Source of the DNA: Lama glama
Taxonomy: Eukaryota
DNA: 64,000 nucleotides
Assembly (NCBI GenBank): GCA_028534125.1
Contig: CM052837.1
Location: forward strand, 806,001 to 870,000
Direction: 5' to 3'
Shown: in pieces, positions 39,671-52,105 of the stretch
How the letters are laid out: every line of letters begins with the position of its first letter
How positions within the stretch are numbered: the stretch's first letter is position 1
The notes under the pieces: generated by a model
The model's input: only the letters and a program-made list of their open reading frames with translations
Databases searched by the model: none
Told to the model about the DNA's origin: nothing
Made by a program: the position numbers and the translations under genes

Positions 39671-40279
39671 ATATCATAAACAGCCAAGCATCCATCTTAT
39701 ACACAGTGAAGCATTAGAATTTAGAATTTTTTTAATCCAATCTGAAGACTATTTTAACAGGGTGAGTTAAAATCCATCCAAGTTGGATTTCCACCATCAA
39801 TAATGGAGGGTTTATACCTCTGTTCAGTCTAATTTTTTTTTTAACTATTTCATCATTTCCCCTTCCCTGACTTCAGCTGGATTTCATTTTCATTTTACTC
39901 ATTCCCTTGCTCTGTGGGGTGCTGTGTGCTTGTTGGGGGAAGGGCCGAGCTGTCGTTTCTGTTGAGAAAGGCGGAGCATGTTTGACAGGCAGCTGGTGTC
40001 CTTCCATCCACCCTGGGCACCCAGCACGTGTGGAAGACACAAAAAAAGTACAAGGCTCGCCTCTCACTCTAAGGCTGCTGTGTCAAGACGGGGCCCCGAC
40101 GGTCTGAACCACGGAGCGACGTGGGGGCTCACAGGCTCACTCCGTCTGAGCCGGGAGTCTGCAGTGGCAGGGGGAGAGTCGGGGGGCTCTCAGGGGACGT
40201 TGCGCAAGAGACGTGGGGTGACGGGGCCCAGTGTGCTGGCTGAGGTGGTGGGAAGTGGACGGGCGACATGCACATTCTG

Positions 40280-41095
40280 AAGACAGATCCAATGGGGGAA
40301 AAGCCAAAATATTTCCTCTCCCAGCGGCCGCTGATTCAGACGAGGCTCATCCATGGAGTCTGAAGCCAGCGGTGAAATGTGGCGAGAAACAGGACATTAC
40401 AGAGTCCTCAGGTATCTTCTGATGGGATGTTTCTTAACTGCAAAAACAGGGGAAACCCAGCAGACACCACATTCTCCAAGGGGCCCGCGCCAGCGTCACC
40501 GGCAATGAGACAGATGGACGGACGGCGGCTGCCGCGGTGGTTGAAGCACCAAGGAGGATGCGCCGGCACTGCGGCTGGGCCTCACCCACAGTGAGGCAAC
40601 GTCCGGCAGACCCACGTTCAAGGCCTTCTGCTAGGAGAGGAGGGGCAAAGTTAGCACAGCAACCCGGGAGCTGCTTCTGACTTTGAAAGACTAAAACTCG
40701 TTGGTAAGATCATGAGCCACTCTTTTTCTCTTTTGCCATAAAGGGCATTATTGGGTCCACTGACAAAATGTAAACTAGGTCCTTAGAGTAGAAATGGCGT
40801 TACACCAGTGTGAATTTCCTGATTTTTGTAACAGTCCTGGGTTAACGAAGAGAATGCACTTGTTTTTAGGAAACACGTTCGGAGGTATTTAGGAGCAGAA
40901 AGAAGGAGAATTAGATGTCACTTCTGCAACTCACTCCCAAACCACCAGAGCAGATGCTCAAATACACAGAGAGAAGGAGAATGAAAATGTGGGAAAATGC
41001 TGACTGTGGGGGAGTCTGGGCGAGACGCACACAGGAGGGCTTCGCGTCATCCTGCACGTTTCCATAAGTCTAAAATTATTTCCAATTATAAAAGC
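40280..41095 (+). mobile_element. L1MC4-like 3' UTR
   Basis: 'gcagacaccac', 'ataaagggcattattggg', 'gtgaatttcctgatttt', 'gagaatgcacttgtttttagga' and 'taagtctaaaattatttccaattataaaa'. Confidence 0.75.
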
Positions 41096-43129
41096 TTTTT
41101 TTTATTATTATTTGTAAGAACTCCTTCCAGAAATTTTGGGAATTTCCAGAGCTCTTCACTTCTCTAATTAATCCCAGCTTATGACAAATGCCAGTAGATG
41201 TCGTATTAAAGACACATTTAAGTCCCAGAAGTAGAAGAGCCAGAAGGGGCGATCCATCACTTAATATATGTGTCCCCAGAATTTCTGGTCTTGTCTTTCA
41301 TGCCTCGGCCGTCAGGCAGTGGGCTCTTTCGGCCCCGTTCGGGCTTCGGGCGAAGGACTTTGCCTGCAGGTGGCATTTTATGCGTCTTGTCTGCAGAGGA
41401 AGTTACCCAGGCCTGACACCCCACAGGTACCAGACCCCTCCTCTTCCACTCAGGGGAGCCTCTGGGCTCCCCGTGGTCCTGGGAGGCCAGTGCGAGCAGC
41501 TTTCCGCCAGAGAATCCAGGTGGAAATGCTTCCGGGAAGGGGCTGTTCCTGGTCTCTGCAACTTCTAAGGCCACGTGCACTTCGTACCTTGATTTTGCTC
41601 AAATCAGGCTCCTTACCACGCTCTTCTTTTGACGGTAGAATTTTCGGGAACCAGGACTCCCGGCCGCCCTGCAACCCCTGGACCGCTCTTTGGTTTTGAT
41701 GCTCAACTGTTGTTCAAGAGGAGCTCCTTGAAAAGATGCACACACACAAGAAAACTCACATTCCAACCATGTGGAAACCATAAAAAGATGTGTCAGCCAC
41801 TCCAGGGAGAAGTCAGCCAACTGTGAAATGTAAAGGGCAGGAGACGGCTTATCCGAGCCTGGACATGTGGTGGGTGCCCCGGAGTTCAGTCGTTCATCGC
41901 CTCCGAGTTCTGGGGGTTGTGGCAGGAGACACAGAGATGGGAATTCAGATGTCCCAGCTTGGGAAGAGCACCCCGAGGACCCCCACTCCAGCCCCGGTGT
42001 CCTTGGCGTCACTGCTTGTCGGAGTGGCCTCCCGATCAGACTGGACGCTCTAACCCACTTCAGGCGCCTTCCCATTCCTCGCATTGGGGACCAGCTCGAC
42101 GGACTGGAACCGGGGTGGGGGGTTCTGGGGAAATGGCCGTGGTGGCCCACGGTCCTTGAATCTCTCCCCACCCCCTGGTGGAAACAGGCAAGGAAGACCC
42201 CCCTGAGCCCCAAACATAAGCAGACGCAGACCAATGGCCAGGAGGAACCTGTCCTGGATGCTGTCAGCACGGAATGGGGGCGGGAAGGAGAAAGGAAGCA
42301 AGGGGGATCTGAGAGCAGAGCCCAGGGTCACCGGCAGGGGCGCTGTGGAGAGGCCCCCACCCCGGCAGGAGCATCGCTGGCCCCGCGCGGGCGTGCTGAG
42401 CGCAGGGACGCTTAGAGCTGGCCGACTTCTAGTCGCTGGTACGCTTGCTTCCCCGCTCCCTGTAGGCCATGCAGCCCCTACACCGGCCTCACAGCGAGGG
42501 TCACCAGCATCACAAAAAGGGACCTCCCGGGCCTCCGGGTGGACGGTAACCAGGCACGGGGCCCAGGCGCCACCCCAGCTCTGCATCCAGCTGCCCACTT
42601 GCAGGAACGCCCAGGTCAGAGGGCCAGGGCAGCAGTGCGGAGGGTCCAGGCTCTGGGTCAGACAGCAAGGCTCTGCTTGCTGGAAGGCAAATTGTCAGAG
42701 AAGGGAAGGGACGAGGTGGCAGCTGGCACACGGAACGAGGCAAAAAAAGCGAGGCAAACTTAGAACCGGGAACCAGTGAATCGATGGTATCCAGGGGTGC
42801 CCATTTTGGCTTAAAACTATGAAGAAACACAAGGAAATGGTCACTATGAAAGTTGGGGGGGTACATTTTGGGGAAGAGAGTGTGTGCAGATTCCAGGGGC
42901 TTCTGAGGTGACTGGCAGATTTCCGCCTCCTGGCCTGGTGGTCACATGTGTTTTCCTTGTAGCAACTGATTAAGGCACGTGCTGTGTCTACGTCCCATTT
43001 CATAATAAATTGTGCTGATGGCTTGAACAAAGGAGGGAATGGCTGGCTGACTAACGGTTAGATGCCACTGCAGGGACGCCCGGTGCCTGCAGCTCCAGAA
43101 GGAGTTTGAGCAGCAGCTCGTCACCAGCA

Positions 43130-43400
43130 GACTGATTTTCTTTGCTCTTGGCTCTATTCTTGGTTTGAGTAAGGCTCTTGCCTCAGGGTAATAAAATGGC
43201 TGCAGCTACCCCAGCCCTAATCTCTTCATCCCACCCTGCCCAGAGGGGAGAAAAATCTTTCTTCTAGTAGATCCAGAAGAGTCATGGAGTCACTCTCATT
43301 GGTCCAGACAAGCCCACATGTCCATCCCCAAACCAGTCATTGACCAAACCCATCCAATCCCGAGGTGAACAATCGTTTATTTCTGAGGTTGGCAGAGGGG
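43130..43400 (-). mobile_element. MaLR LTR (MLT1J/K-like) remnant
   Basis: 'aaaatggctgcagc' and 'tctcattggtccagac...cacatgtccatccccaaaccagtca'. Confidence 0.55.
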
Positions 43401-44114
43401 CCCAGCTGGTGGGAGACAGGAGGCTGGGTGCTGGGGAAGCCCCAGCAATGATGCCTACTATGCACTCGAGCCCTAGAAATTCTCTCGACTCGACCCACTG
43501 GATGGAGGGACCAGACGCAAATGTGGGAACAAGTGAAGATGAGATGAAGAAAACGGTTTCACAGACAAGAGAGCAGCCCCTGGAGGAGGCGGCCACCCAG
43601 GTGGGTCCACGCTTCCCCAGCCCCGAGGCCCCCGCACGAGGCCCCCGCACGAGGCCAGTGTGCTGGTACCTGCTGCCGTGCGCCAGACTGCTCCTCACAC
43701 CCTCCCTCTCCCACCACGAGGGGCGACGGCACTGCCCCTGGAGAGGAGAGCGGGTCACCGACAGAGGAACTGCCTCGTCCCCGCTATGCAGCTGGTCGGC
43801 AGTGGTGTCCAGATCCCAAACCAGGTCTGTCTGAGGACGAGCCGCACTCTCTCAACCACCCTGCTCTTAGAAAAGCCTGCCTGATGGACACGACCTCGCC
43901 TCTGGGAAACTGGGGCAGCTGAGCAAGGCGTGAGTTCAGGAAAGCAGGGGACGTGGCCCTGTTCGTCCACCAGCAGGCACCGAGTGTGGACGCTCTGCGC
44001 TCACGTCCGGCTCTGTGACGCGCTTCTCTCCTCCGGGAGGACCTGCCCGGCGCCCGGGACGTTCCAGAGCCCGCGCTGACCTCCGGCTCGACCCCGGGCC
44101 GCCTTTGTGCCAAG

Positions 44115-44320
44115 GACCCTCTGGTCTGTAGCTCAGCCTACAGACCCCTCCTCAGAACGATGCTGTTCAGAGTGTGAGACACACGGGCTACAAGCGAACA
44201 CACCTCTCAAAACACAAAAAGGTGTTACACAGTAAAAACGTTCTTCTTTATCAAGCTGAAAAAACAAAGATCTAGGCGTGGGTCTCACCCTGACCGTGAT
44301 CTCCAAGCACTGATGAGGGT
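44115..44320 (+). mobile_element. hAT-Tip100 (Zaphod/MER115-like) fragment
   Basis: 'agcctacagacccctcctcagaacgatg' and 'ttctttatcaag...aacaaagatctag...ccgtgatctccaagcactgatgag'. Confidence 0.5.
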
Positions 44321-44329
44321 AAGGTGGGC

Positions 44330-45365
44330 CCAGGGGGTGGGGCGTAGCTCAGAGGTAGGGCGCGCGCTGGGGGCGCAGGAGGTCCTGGGCGCCTCCGTGC
44401 AGGTGGGGCGAGGGGGGCGGAGGAGTCCAGATACCTGCGACCACTCTGCTGTGGCAGGAGCGCGCCTGTGAGCCTCCCGGGGCGCAGGAAGCGCAGCCGT
44501 GCGGACGCGGCCGTGGGCTGCCGTCTGCGCCGCCGTCAGGGCGCGTGCCAAGTCCCCAGGGGAAGCGCAAGGAGGCGCCGCCTCACCGCCCGCCCAGGGC
44601 CGCGCCCCGGATTAGGCCCCTCCCCGGCCGTGCGCTGCGGGGCCCGCGCGGCGTCGAGGGGGCTGCGCCTGATTTTCGAGGAAGCGTTTCTGTGTGGCGT
44701 GCGTGAAGACACGCAGCACGCGCACGTCCGCCGCCGGCGTTCCCTGGCCGCGCCCAGTCCGAGCGGCCCCCGCCCGCGTCCGCCGCAGAGAAGGCGGGTC
44801 ACCCGCGCCTGCCTGGGCTTCTTGCCGACGCCCGCGGACGCTCCGAGGGGGGCGGCGGCTTCGCGGGTTTAAGCAGAGGACGGAAGCCGAACAGCGCGTT
44901 ACACTCCGACTTCGCTAGAAAAGCGCCGAGAGCGAGCCTGCGCGTGCGCACGTGCGGCTGAAGGCGGCGTTTCCAAAGCAGACGTCCTTCCAGTTCCAGC
45001 CTGCGTGTCGCTAACGCGCTGGCTCTGACAACGGCACGGGCGTTTCTGGCGTCCTGCGCCCGTCCTTCGGTGGAGGACACACAGGCCTCGCCGCGAAACA
45101 CGAGCGGCGCGGCCGGCCCGGGTCCCGGTGACGCGCTCCGACCTGGAACGCGGCTCCAGTTACCTCCCTCTGCTCTCGCTCGGGGCCTCCGAGCAAGGCC
45201 CGGGGGGGGCTGCGAGGTGCCTGTGAGGTCAGGCTCGGCTCCAGGCCGGGCCTCAGGTGGTTGTGTTGCAGAGCAGTCAGGCTTCCCTGTCACTCGAAGA
45301 GCCAGAGAGCCGAGGACGTGACCTCCGACGGTGGCCGGCGTCCGGGGAGGACGAGCCGTCACTCA
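44330..45365. promoter_or_regulatory. Dense CpG island, probable promoter
   Basis: Highest CpG density in the window. NRF1 consensus TGCGCACGCGCA (minus, 44939-44950), E-box CACGTG 44949-44954, ETS CGGAAG 44881-44886, GC boxes 44414-44420 and 44768-44775. Confidence 0.65.
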
Positions 45366-46009
45366 GAAACACGAGTGCTGAGCCAGCCTGTCAGCGCTGT
45401 CTTGAACCCAGCAGGCAGGACTTCCTTCGTTTAATTTTTGCAACCAGGAAGGCACTGGGGCTCCCAGTGTGGTAGACACGCTCAAGAAAGCCTTTCTCAG
45501 CCACGCCCACAAGGCTTTCAAATAGCACGTGGCAGGGCCCGTGCTGGCCGCGTGGGACCCCCCGAGGGGTGGAGGCGTGGGGGGATCCGGCAGCCCCAGC
45601 ACCTGCCGTCCCCTTCCCTGGTGCAGGGACAGCGTCCTCTCAGCCGAAAAAGAACGCGAGTGCAGCCCACCTCCTCTGTGCTCTGTTCAGTGGATTAAAC
45701 TCAGCAATTCTGCCCGAAAGCTGAAAAGGGCGAGTCAAAAACCCAAGAACAATCCAACGGCGAATGACGCACGTGTGGGAAGAAGATGCGTTGAAAAGTC
45801 ACAGATGCATGAAACATTCCGCTTAATAAACAGACAGGTAAATCCAAGTCTGTGAGGACAAAGCGCTGGCAAGGCTGAGCTCCCAGGGCTGCGCAGAGAA
45901 CTGTCTGCCACGGTGGGAAACCTCCGTAGGGACACGCCCGACGCGGCGCTCACTCTGGCTCCGCAGGGCTGACGAGCACCTGACAGATGCAGCTGGGAAG
46001 CTGGTGTTC

Positions 46010-46431
46010 AGTGCTGTCTGCCGCAACGCGGGCGGCCCTGGAGAGCATCATTCAAAGTGCAGTCAGACACAGAGGAGGGCAAATGCCGCATGCTACGGTA
46101 ATCCACTCACACGTGGAGTCAGAAAAGAAAAGGACGCTAGGAACTCATCTACAGGAGAAACGGAGTCGCAGACACAGTAGACAATCTCATGGTCACAGGG
46201 CGGGGGGAGGTGAGAAGGGATACATTTGGCAGTTTGAGATTTACAGGTGTGAACCACTATACGTTAAAAAACAAGCTGCTTCTGTAGAGCACAGGGAACC
46301 ATGTTCAAGATCTTGCAACAAACCTTTAATGGAAAAGAGCATGAATATGGACATACGTGTGTACGTGCGTGACGGGGGCACTGAGCTGCACCCCTGGAAC
46401 TGGCACGCTGTAACGGGCTGCGCTTCAGTTT
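46010..46431 (+). mobile_element. Artiodactyl (camelid-type) L1 ORF2 end plus 3' UTR, GC-shifted
   Basis: Translates SAATRAALESIIQSAV versus L1 FAATWMDLEIIILSEV; 3' UTR collinear with 35990-36320. Confidence 0.8.
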
Positions 46432-46984
46432 CTTCTAACTGCTACGCAGTGACACATGTTTACCTGTGAATAGTCGCACGAGGCTACGGCACGATAGCCT
46501 AGGCTTCCTCTCCGGTGGGGAAGCCTGTCTTCCCAGGCGGCGCCTGCCCTCGCCCCCTGGCTGAGGGAGCGGGGTCTCGCGGGGGCTGCAGGGCTGTGCC
46601 TTTGGCATTTCTGGGTTGCTGCTCTTCAGCTCCGCTTCCAGGCTGTTTAAGACAAGAGGACCCTGGAGCCCAGCACGATGCTTTCCCTTGGGTCCCGACG
46701 TCCCTCCCCAGGCAGCCGTCTCCCCTCCACCTTGCAGAGGCTTCTCGTGCTGTGTTAACGTGGACTGTCCTGGGTTTAGCTGTCCTGAGCGGGAGGACCG
46801 GGAAAGGCACCTTTTCCAGTTTCCTAGAATGTCGAGCAGAGTCTTGACTCTCTTGAAGCCCTTCACGCGCAGTCACGTGTCCGGATGGCGCGGAAGCACC
46901 GGGCGCTCCTCAGCGCGGGGGGCTGTGCTGCGCGGGCTGCCACCCTCCCGTGCCGCCGGCGTCCCTCCTGCTCACCGTTGCTGA

Positions 46985-47320
46985 GTTTCTCAAGAGTCAG
47001 ATGTTCCGTCTTTCGGTGGCTTGTCGAAGTTTCTTTTCTCACCCATTTTTTATCTTCTTACCCGTTTCACTTTCCGAGAGAATTCTTTAGTCTCCTCATC
47101 TTTCTGTACTGTTTTTGGCCCTCACATTTTCAGTTCCTAAGACCCTTCACACCATCAGACTTTCCCGTTGTTCGTAACTCCACGTCTTTGAGAATGGAGT
47201 GACTTGTCTCTGGATTCTCGAAATATGTATGTTTTCTCTTTGCTACATTATTTCCTGTGGGTTCCTTTAAAAAACTGTATTCTGTTCACTGCATTGTCCA
47301 CCTCCCCTGGTTTTCCTTGG
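46985..47320 (-). mobile_element. Old L1/HAL1-like remnant
   Basis: T-rich decayed block; family uncertain. Confidence 0.3.
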
Positions 47321-47967
47321 CTTGTTGGGAGTTTGCGTGTTTGTTTGGGGCACTCTCAAGTCAAGGGGCTTCGCTTATCCTGTGACCCTTGGAGCCTGTC
47401 TGTGCGTGACCGAGAGGAGCTGAAAGCGGGTTAGAAGGTGAGCTGTGTGTGTTCTGCCCGCCTCCCCTGCGCTGTGCCCGGAGGCTGCCCAGTGGGGGCC
47501 GCGTCACCCGGCTCCTTTGTCCCCCGGAATCTGGTGGGATTTGGCCATGGAGACACTGGATGGGGTCAGACCTCAGGAGGAGAGGATGCCCTGGAATCGA
47601 TGTCTCCGGCCCCTCCGGCTGCGCCGTGCCTGGGCAGTGGCTGTGTTCCTCTTCGGAAGGTGACGGGCACGTCCTGTTGTGGGCCCCTCCCTGACGTCAC
47701 AGCCCTCCTTGTACACACTCCCATCCGGACCTTCAGACTCAGGGCTGATGGCAGCTGCCCCGCCCCCAGGCCTTCCCCCCTCAGCCCTGTGAACAGCCCT
47801 GCAGACAGCGCTGCTTCACGCTCTCCCCCACCTCCCCCTGGGAGAGGCCCCTGCATTTCTTGCCAAGGCCCTGACCAGTACAGAAGCTGCACACCCTGGG
47901 CAAGGCCTGTGCACAGGTGCTCGTGGGACCGCGCTCGGCCTTTCACTGGAGGACACCCAGATGCCCG

Positions 47968-48217
47968 TGAGTGAGCGTCCTTGGCCTGCCGTAACACAGC
48001 TGTGTGGCTTAAACCACAAACATTTGTTTTTCAGAGTTCTGGAGGTCCCAAGTCCAGGACCAAGGTGGCAGCAGGGTTGGTGTCTCCTGAGGCCCGTCTC
48101 CTGGGCTTGGCGGTGGCCGGCGCCCTGGTGCATCCTCACGTGGCCTTCCCTCTGTGCCTGGTGTCTCTGTACAGCCAGATTCCTCTCCTTACAGGGGCAC
48201 CACTCCGGCTGGGTTAG
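47968..48217 (-). mobile_element. MaLR LTR (MLT1A/B-like), partial
   Basis: 'ctgccgtaaca...gtggcttaaaccacaaacattt...agttctggagg...aagtccaggaccaaggtggcagcagggttggtgtctcctgaggcc'. Confidence 0.8.
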
Positions 48218-48589
48218 TTGCCGCCCACGGGAGCTCGGAGGCTCCCCGGTGAGACTGTGAAATCGCAGGGACGGAGGACAGGCCACCAGTGCCCTGGAGG
48301 CACGTGTGAGTGGAGGCCAAGCCGGGCGTGCATACAACGGGGACCCCACCAGCTCCACACACCCCTTCTGGAACACGCCCAGGGAAGGTGAGGCCCGCCC
48401 GCCCTGGCCCAGCTACGTAAAGACATGGGGTTGTTCTTATAAAGAAAGAAAAAAGGAGTCCTTTCCAAACAAATCCCAGACGGACCGAGATCCCTTCTGG
48501 GAGGCAAACACGCCCAGAGCTCAGGAAGTGCGAAGGGGAGTGTTTACAGGGAGAGCTGAGCCTGCCTGCCTGCCGGGGGAGGGGCGTCA

Positions 48590-48731
48590 CGCCTGGGCTC
48601 CAGGGGGGCTGGGGGAGGGAGCCGCACCTGGGCTCCGGGGAGCCGGGGAGGGGGGTGCGCCTGGGCTCTGGGGGGCCGAGGAGGGGTGGGGGGATCTGAG
48701 CCTGCCTCCCGGGCTCCAGGGGGTGGGGAAG
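48590..48731 (+). repeat. Degenerate G-rich repeat (4 units headed CCYGGGCTCYRGGG)
   Basis: cctgggctccagggggg / cctgggctccgggg / cctgggctctgggggg / cccgggctccagggggtgggg. Confidence 0.75.
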
Positions 48732-49269
48732 CAGGGTCTGCCTCCTCGGCGAGAGTCTCACAGCGGCCGCTGGAAGCTGGCCTGAGTGCCAGGACCCTGC
48801 ACACCGCAGAATAGGATTCTAACGCTGAGATGGTCCCCTGTGGGGCCTGAGAGTCACTGGTAATAAAGCAATTATTTAAAAAGTATTAAGCCACTGCCGT
48901 GCAGTTTGCCTGTTATCTGAAGGGTTCTGAACTGTTTGCATTGTGATAAGTAAACTGACTGCTCGATGCAAAGAAAGAGAGCAGGGGTGTGGGTGAGTGT
49001 GTGTGAGGCGGCGTGTGCGCGTGTGCACGCATGTAGGAATGAGTGTGTGAATGGCCGAGTGGCCAGGTTTAGCAAGTAAAACTGTGGGCTACCCGGTTAC
49101 AGTTGAATTTCTAATGAACAATGAACACGTATTTAGGGGAAGCCTGTCCCGAACACCACACGGCCACGTTGCAGGAATGGCACTGGGCAAACCACACTGA
49201 GAAGTCACTCACGGCCTGTCTGAAATTCCGCGTGACCTGGGCGGCCTGTAGCTGTCTGTGTTTGATCTG

Positions 49270-49475
49270 GAGACCCTGGTGCATGTGCGTGTGTGGAGCT
49301 GGGGCAGAAGGTGTGTTGTGGCCAAGTGTGAGCAGGTGTGTGTGTGAATGTGTGTGAGTGTGTGTATTGTGTGGGTTTGTGAGCATGTGTGTCGTGACTG
49401 AGAGTGTACACGTGGACGTGCAGGTGCACGTGTCCGTGTGCTGCGTGTGCACGTGTGAGCGTGTGTGCACGCACG
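49270..49475 (+). repeat. Degenerate (TG)n/(CGTG)n low-complexity tract
   Basis: Seen directly; a shorter similar tract lies at 48985-49050. Confidence 0.8.
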
Positions 49476-49899
49476 AGCGGGCAGGGCCAGCCGGGGAGGG
49501 AGGCCTACGTAAGAACGCGGTGACAGCGCCGCCAGCACCTGAGCCGCCCCCTGCCCCCCTCTGCCCCGCCCCCCGTGAGGAAGCGGCGCCCACCAGAACA
49601 CTGCGCGTTGCGATGGTTCCCAAAAGGCCTCACACAAGCTGAAAGTGTGCATTTCAAGAACTTTGTGACTGTGATCAAAACCATCGACCTCTGCAAGCAT
49701 CTGGTCTAGTGACTCCTGCTTGGGGACCGACTCTGAGGACGTCTCCCGCCCCTCGGGTCCCCGACAAGTCAGCCCTCGCTCACCCAGTGCACGCGTCACT
49801 AAATCACGCCCTCACGTCAGCGATTCTACACCTGAGGAAGTCGTCTGAAGAGCACGAACTGCAGCTGTCAGCACGGTGTCTCAAAGCGGAAGCAACTGC

Positions 49900-50272
49900 A
49901 GGTCCCCCCGGGTCACCGGGGTGCCGAGTCCGTTACGTCCATTTACACCATGCAACCCCATGCCACCAGCAGAGCAACGCTCACGGAAGTCCTGTGCCGA
50001 GCACACGAGAGGCAAAGTGGGAAACAGGAGACCGGGTAACGCATGGAAGGCTGTCTCGACGCACACGCTGTGTGAAACACGCGGTGTGTGAAGGGCTGGT
50101 GGGGCAAGGAAAACGGTGCGTGGATTTTCACCAAACTGGGAAAACACGAAAGGAAGTGCACCAGATTGTTGGCAGAAATTTTCTTTTTGGGCTGGGTTTT
50201 TAAAAGTTTTGTTTGTTCTTTCCATGCTCTTCACGATGAGTACGTGTCACATTCAAGACTGGAAATAAAACT
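49900..50272 (+). mobile_element. Old L1ME-type 3' end
   Basis: 'aaaggaagtgcaccagattgttggcagaa...ttcacgatgagtacgtgtcac...aaataaaac'. Confidence 0.4.
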
Positions 50273-52105
50273 TACTTTGCAAGCAGAGTACGCATGCAGA
50301 AAGGTGCTTCGATGGCAGTGACGAAGCCGTGCGTGCTGCATCCCCGAGACCGCGTGTAGCTGGGCCGGCTCACGGCCAACCCGGTTCAGGGCCCCGGGCC
50401 TGCAGGTGGGGGGCCTCGTCCCGTTCAGGGGGAGGTCCCAGGAAGGCGAATGGGTGGCTGGCCCGCAGGGCAGGTGGCTGGTCTTGGAGCCACAGTAAAC
50501 TGCAAGTCTGCATGTTCCGGGAGGGACCTGAGGTCAGACCAGCCCCTAGAACGTGTGAGAACATGGTCCCCTCACCTCAGCTCTCCCACCGCTGTCCTCG
50601 TGGTCCCGTGCCCTCAAGATGCCCTCCGCCCTCCCCGGCTCCGTGTGGTCCTGCCCGCACTCCTTTACTGTTTCCGGTGGGCCCTCCGAGCCTGGGAGTC
50701 GCCAGGGCGTGGAGCAGAGGCTTGAGGAAGGGGTGTGGGCCCAGGACAGATCTTAAAAACTGGAAAGACAATCGGCATTGTGTTGAACTCTGCTGCGAGG
50801 CGCGGCCCGCCTGACCCGGGTCTGGATGCAGCCCTTAGGGAAGCACCCTCGGCCTCAGCCCCCATCCCACTTCCTGGACAGAGGTGGGGGTGGGGCCTGG
50901 CCATGTCGGCCAGTGGGGACAGCCATTCACCTCCCCTGCTCGGGGACCCCGTAATTGCTGGTCCGGGAAAGGACACGCAGCCCAGCCTGGGCAGCAGGAT
51001 GCGAGGGCAGGGCCCCCAGCAAGGCCTCTCCCTCTGGAGCTGAGAACTGTTGCAGCCACAGCGCAAAGGAAGCCAGGGTCCAGCGAGGAAGCGGGCAGGA
51101 CAGACGGACGACCTCGCTGAGCCTGCTGTTAAATTTAACCAGCACGAAAGGGCCCGCGGGTCCCGGCTTCCCAGTGGCGGGGCTGCCGCTTACACAGACA
51201 GCCTCTGAGCTGGTCAAGCTGGTTCCGGGAGGGTTAGGCTGGTTCTGTTTTCACACAACAAGGAAGATGGTGAACGTGTTAGAGAAACAATGAGGAAGGT
51301 TCGGGGCCTTCATGGAAAATTCAGGCTCTACAGTTCCATCGTAAACCAAGACTAGCACCGTTTCCCCCAAACAAAACAACTTGAGACTCAGCTGAGATCA
51401 CAGCTTCCAAAAAGGTGTGACGTGAAATGATGGGGTGATAAGGTCCAGGGCGGCCCTGGAGGGACCGTCTCTCTGGCCGCCCACACCAAGCCAGCCCACG
51501 CCCTGCCCTCCTCGCTGCCCCCCCCGTCCTCCCCCTCTGCCCCCACGGCCAACGCGGGGCTCCAGTCGGATGGCCTGTGGCCTGGACGGGCCTTGGCTTC
51601 TCCACTCACGGGGGGACAACTTCAGAGAAGCCCCAGCAAACTTCGCTCACGTCCACTGGCTCCAAGTGGGTCTGCGCCAGCCCTCGGGCCGTCCTTCCGT
51701 GAGGAGCAGGGCCGGCCGCCAGTGGTGCGCTGATTCGGGCTCTGGGCAAAGAGCGCGGGGTCCTTTACCCGCACTGGCTCCGACCAGCTGAGACCAAAGG
51801 CCGGGCCCACTCGGAGCGGCTGAGGGTCGTCCCCAGTCGATGGTTTCTTTGGTGGTGAGGACTGGAATCTCGGCGGGAGGGGCGTCTCTGCACCCTCCAG
51901 GGGAGGGTGTGAGTGGAGATGGAGTGTGCTCAGAACGCACCCGCCCCAACCCTGCGCCTTAGGAAATGCCGTCCTCCCGACCCCAAGAGGCTGCCTACAC
52001 TGCGCGTGTACGAAACACCACTGACGCTGCGGGCGTAGCTGTCAGAGGTGAGCGCCCTTCCCCGACGGCCGTGAATGTAGCCTCTAGGCAAAACAAAGCT
52101 AAACA

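Noticed and set aside
42971-42990. miR-124-like start taaggcacg
   Set aside because: Only 9 nt match; the remainder diverges and there is no hairpin
43624-43656. 2.5 copies of the 13-mer CGAGGCCCCCGCA; also (CCCCCGG)n at 13551-13575
   Set aside because: Ordinary slippage duplications
44123-44146. 9-bp hairpin GGTCTGTAG-N6-CTACAGACC
   Set aside because: About chance frequency for 64 kb, at a transposon edge, and too short for a pre-miRNA
44640-45060. Structured ncRNA gene (TERC/7SK/RMRP/snRNA) in the CpG island
   Set aside because: No match to recalled sequences, no template repeat, and no PSE/TATA plus oligo-T terminator layout
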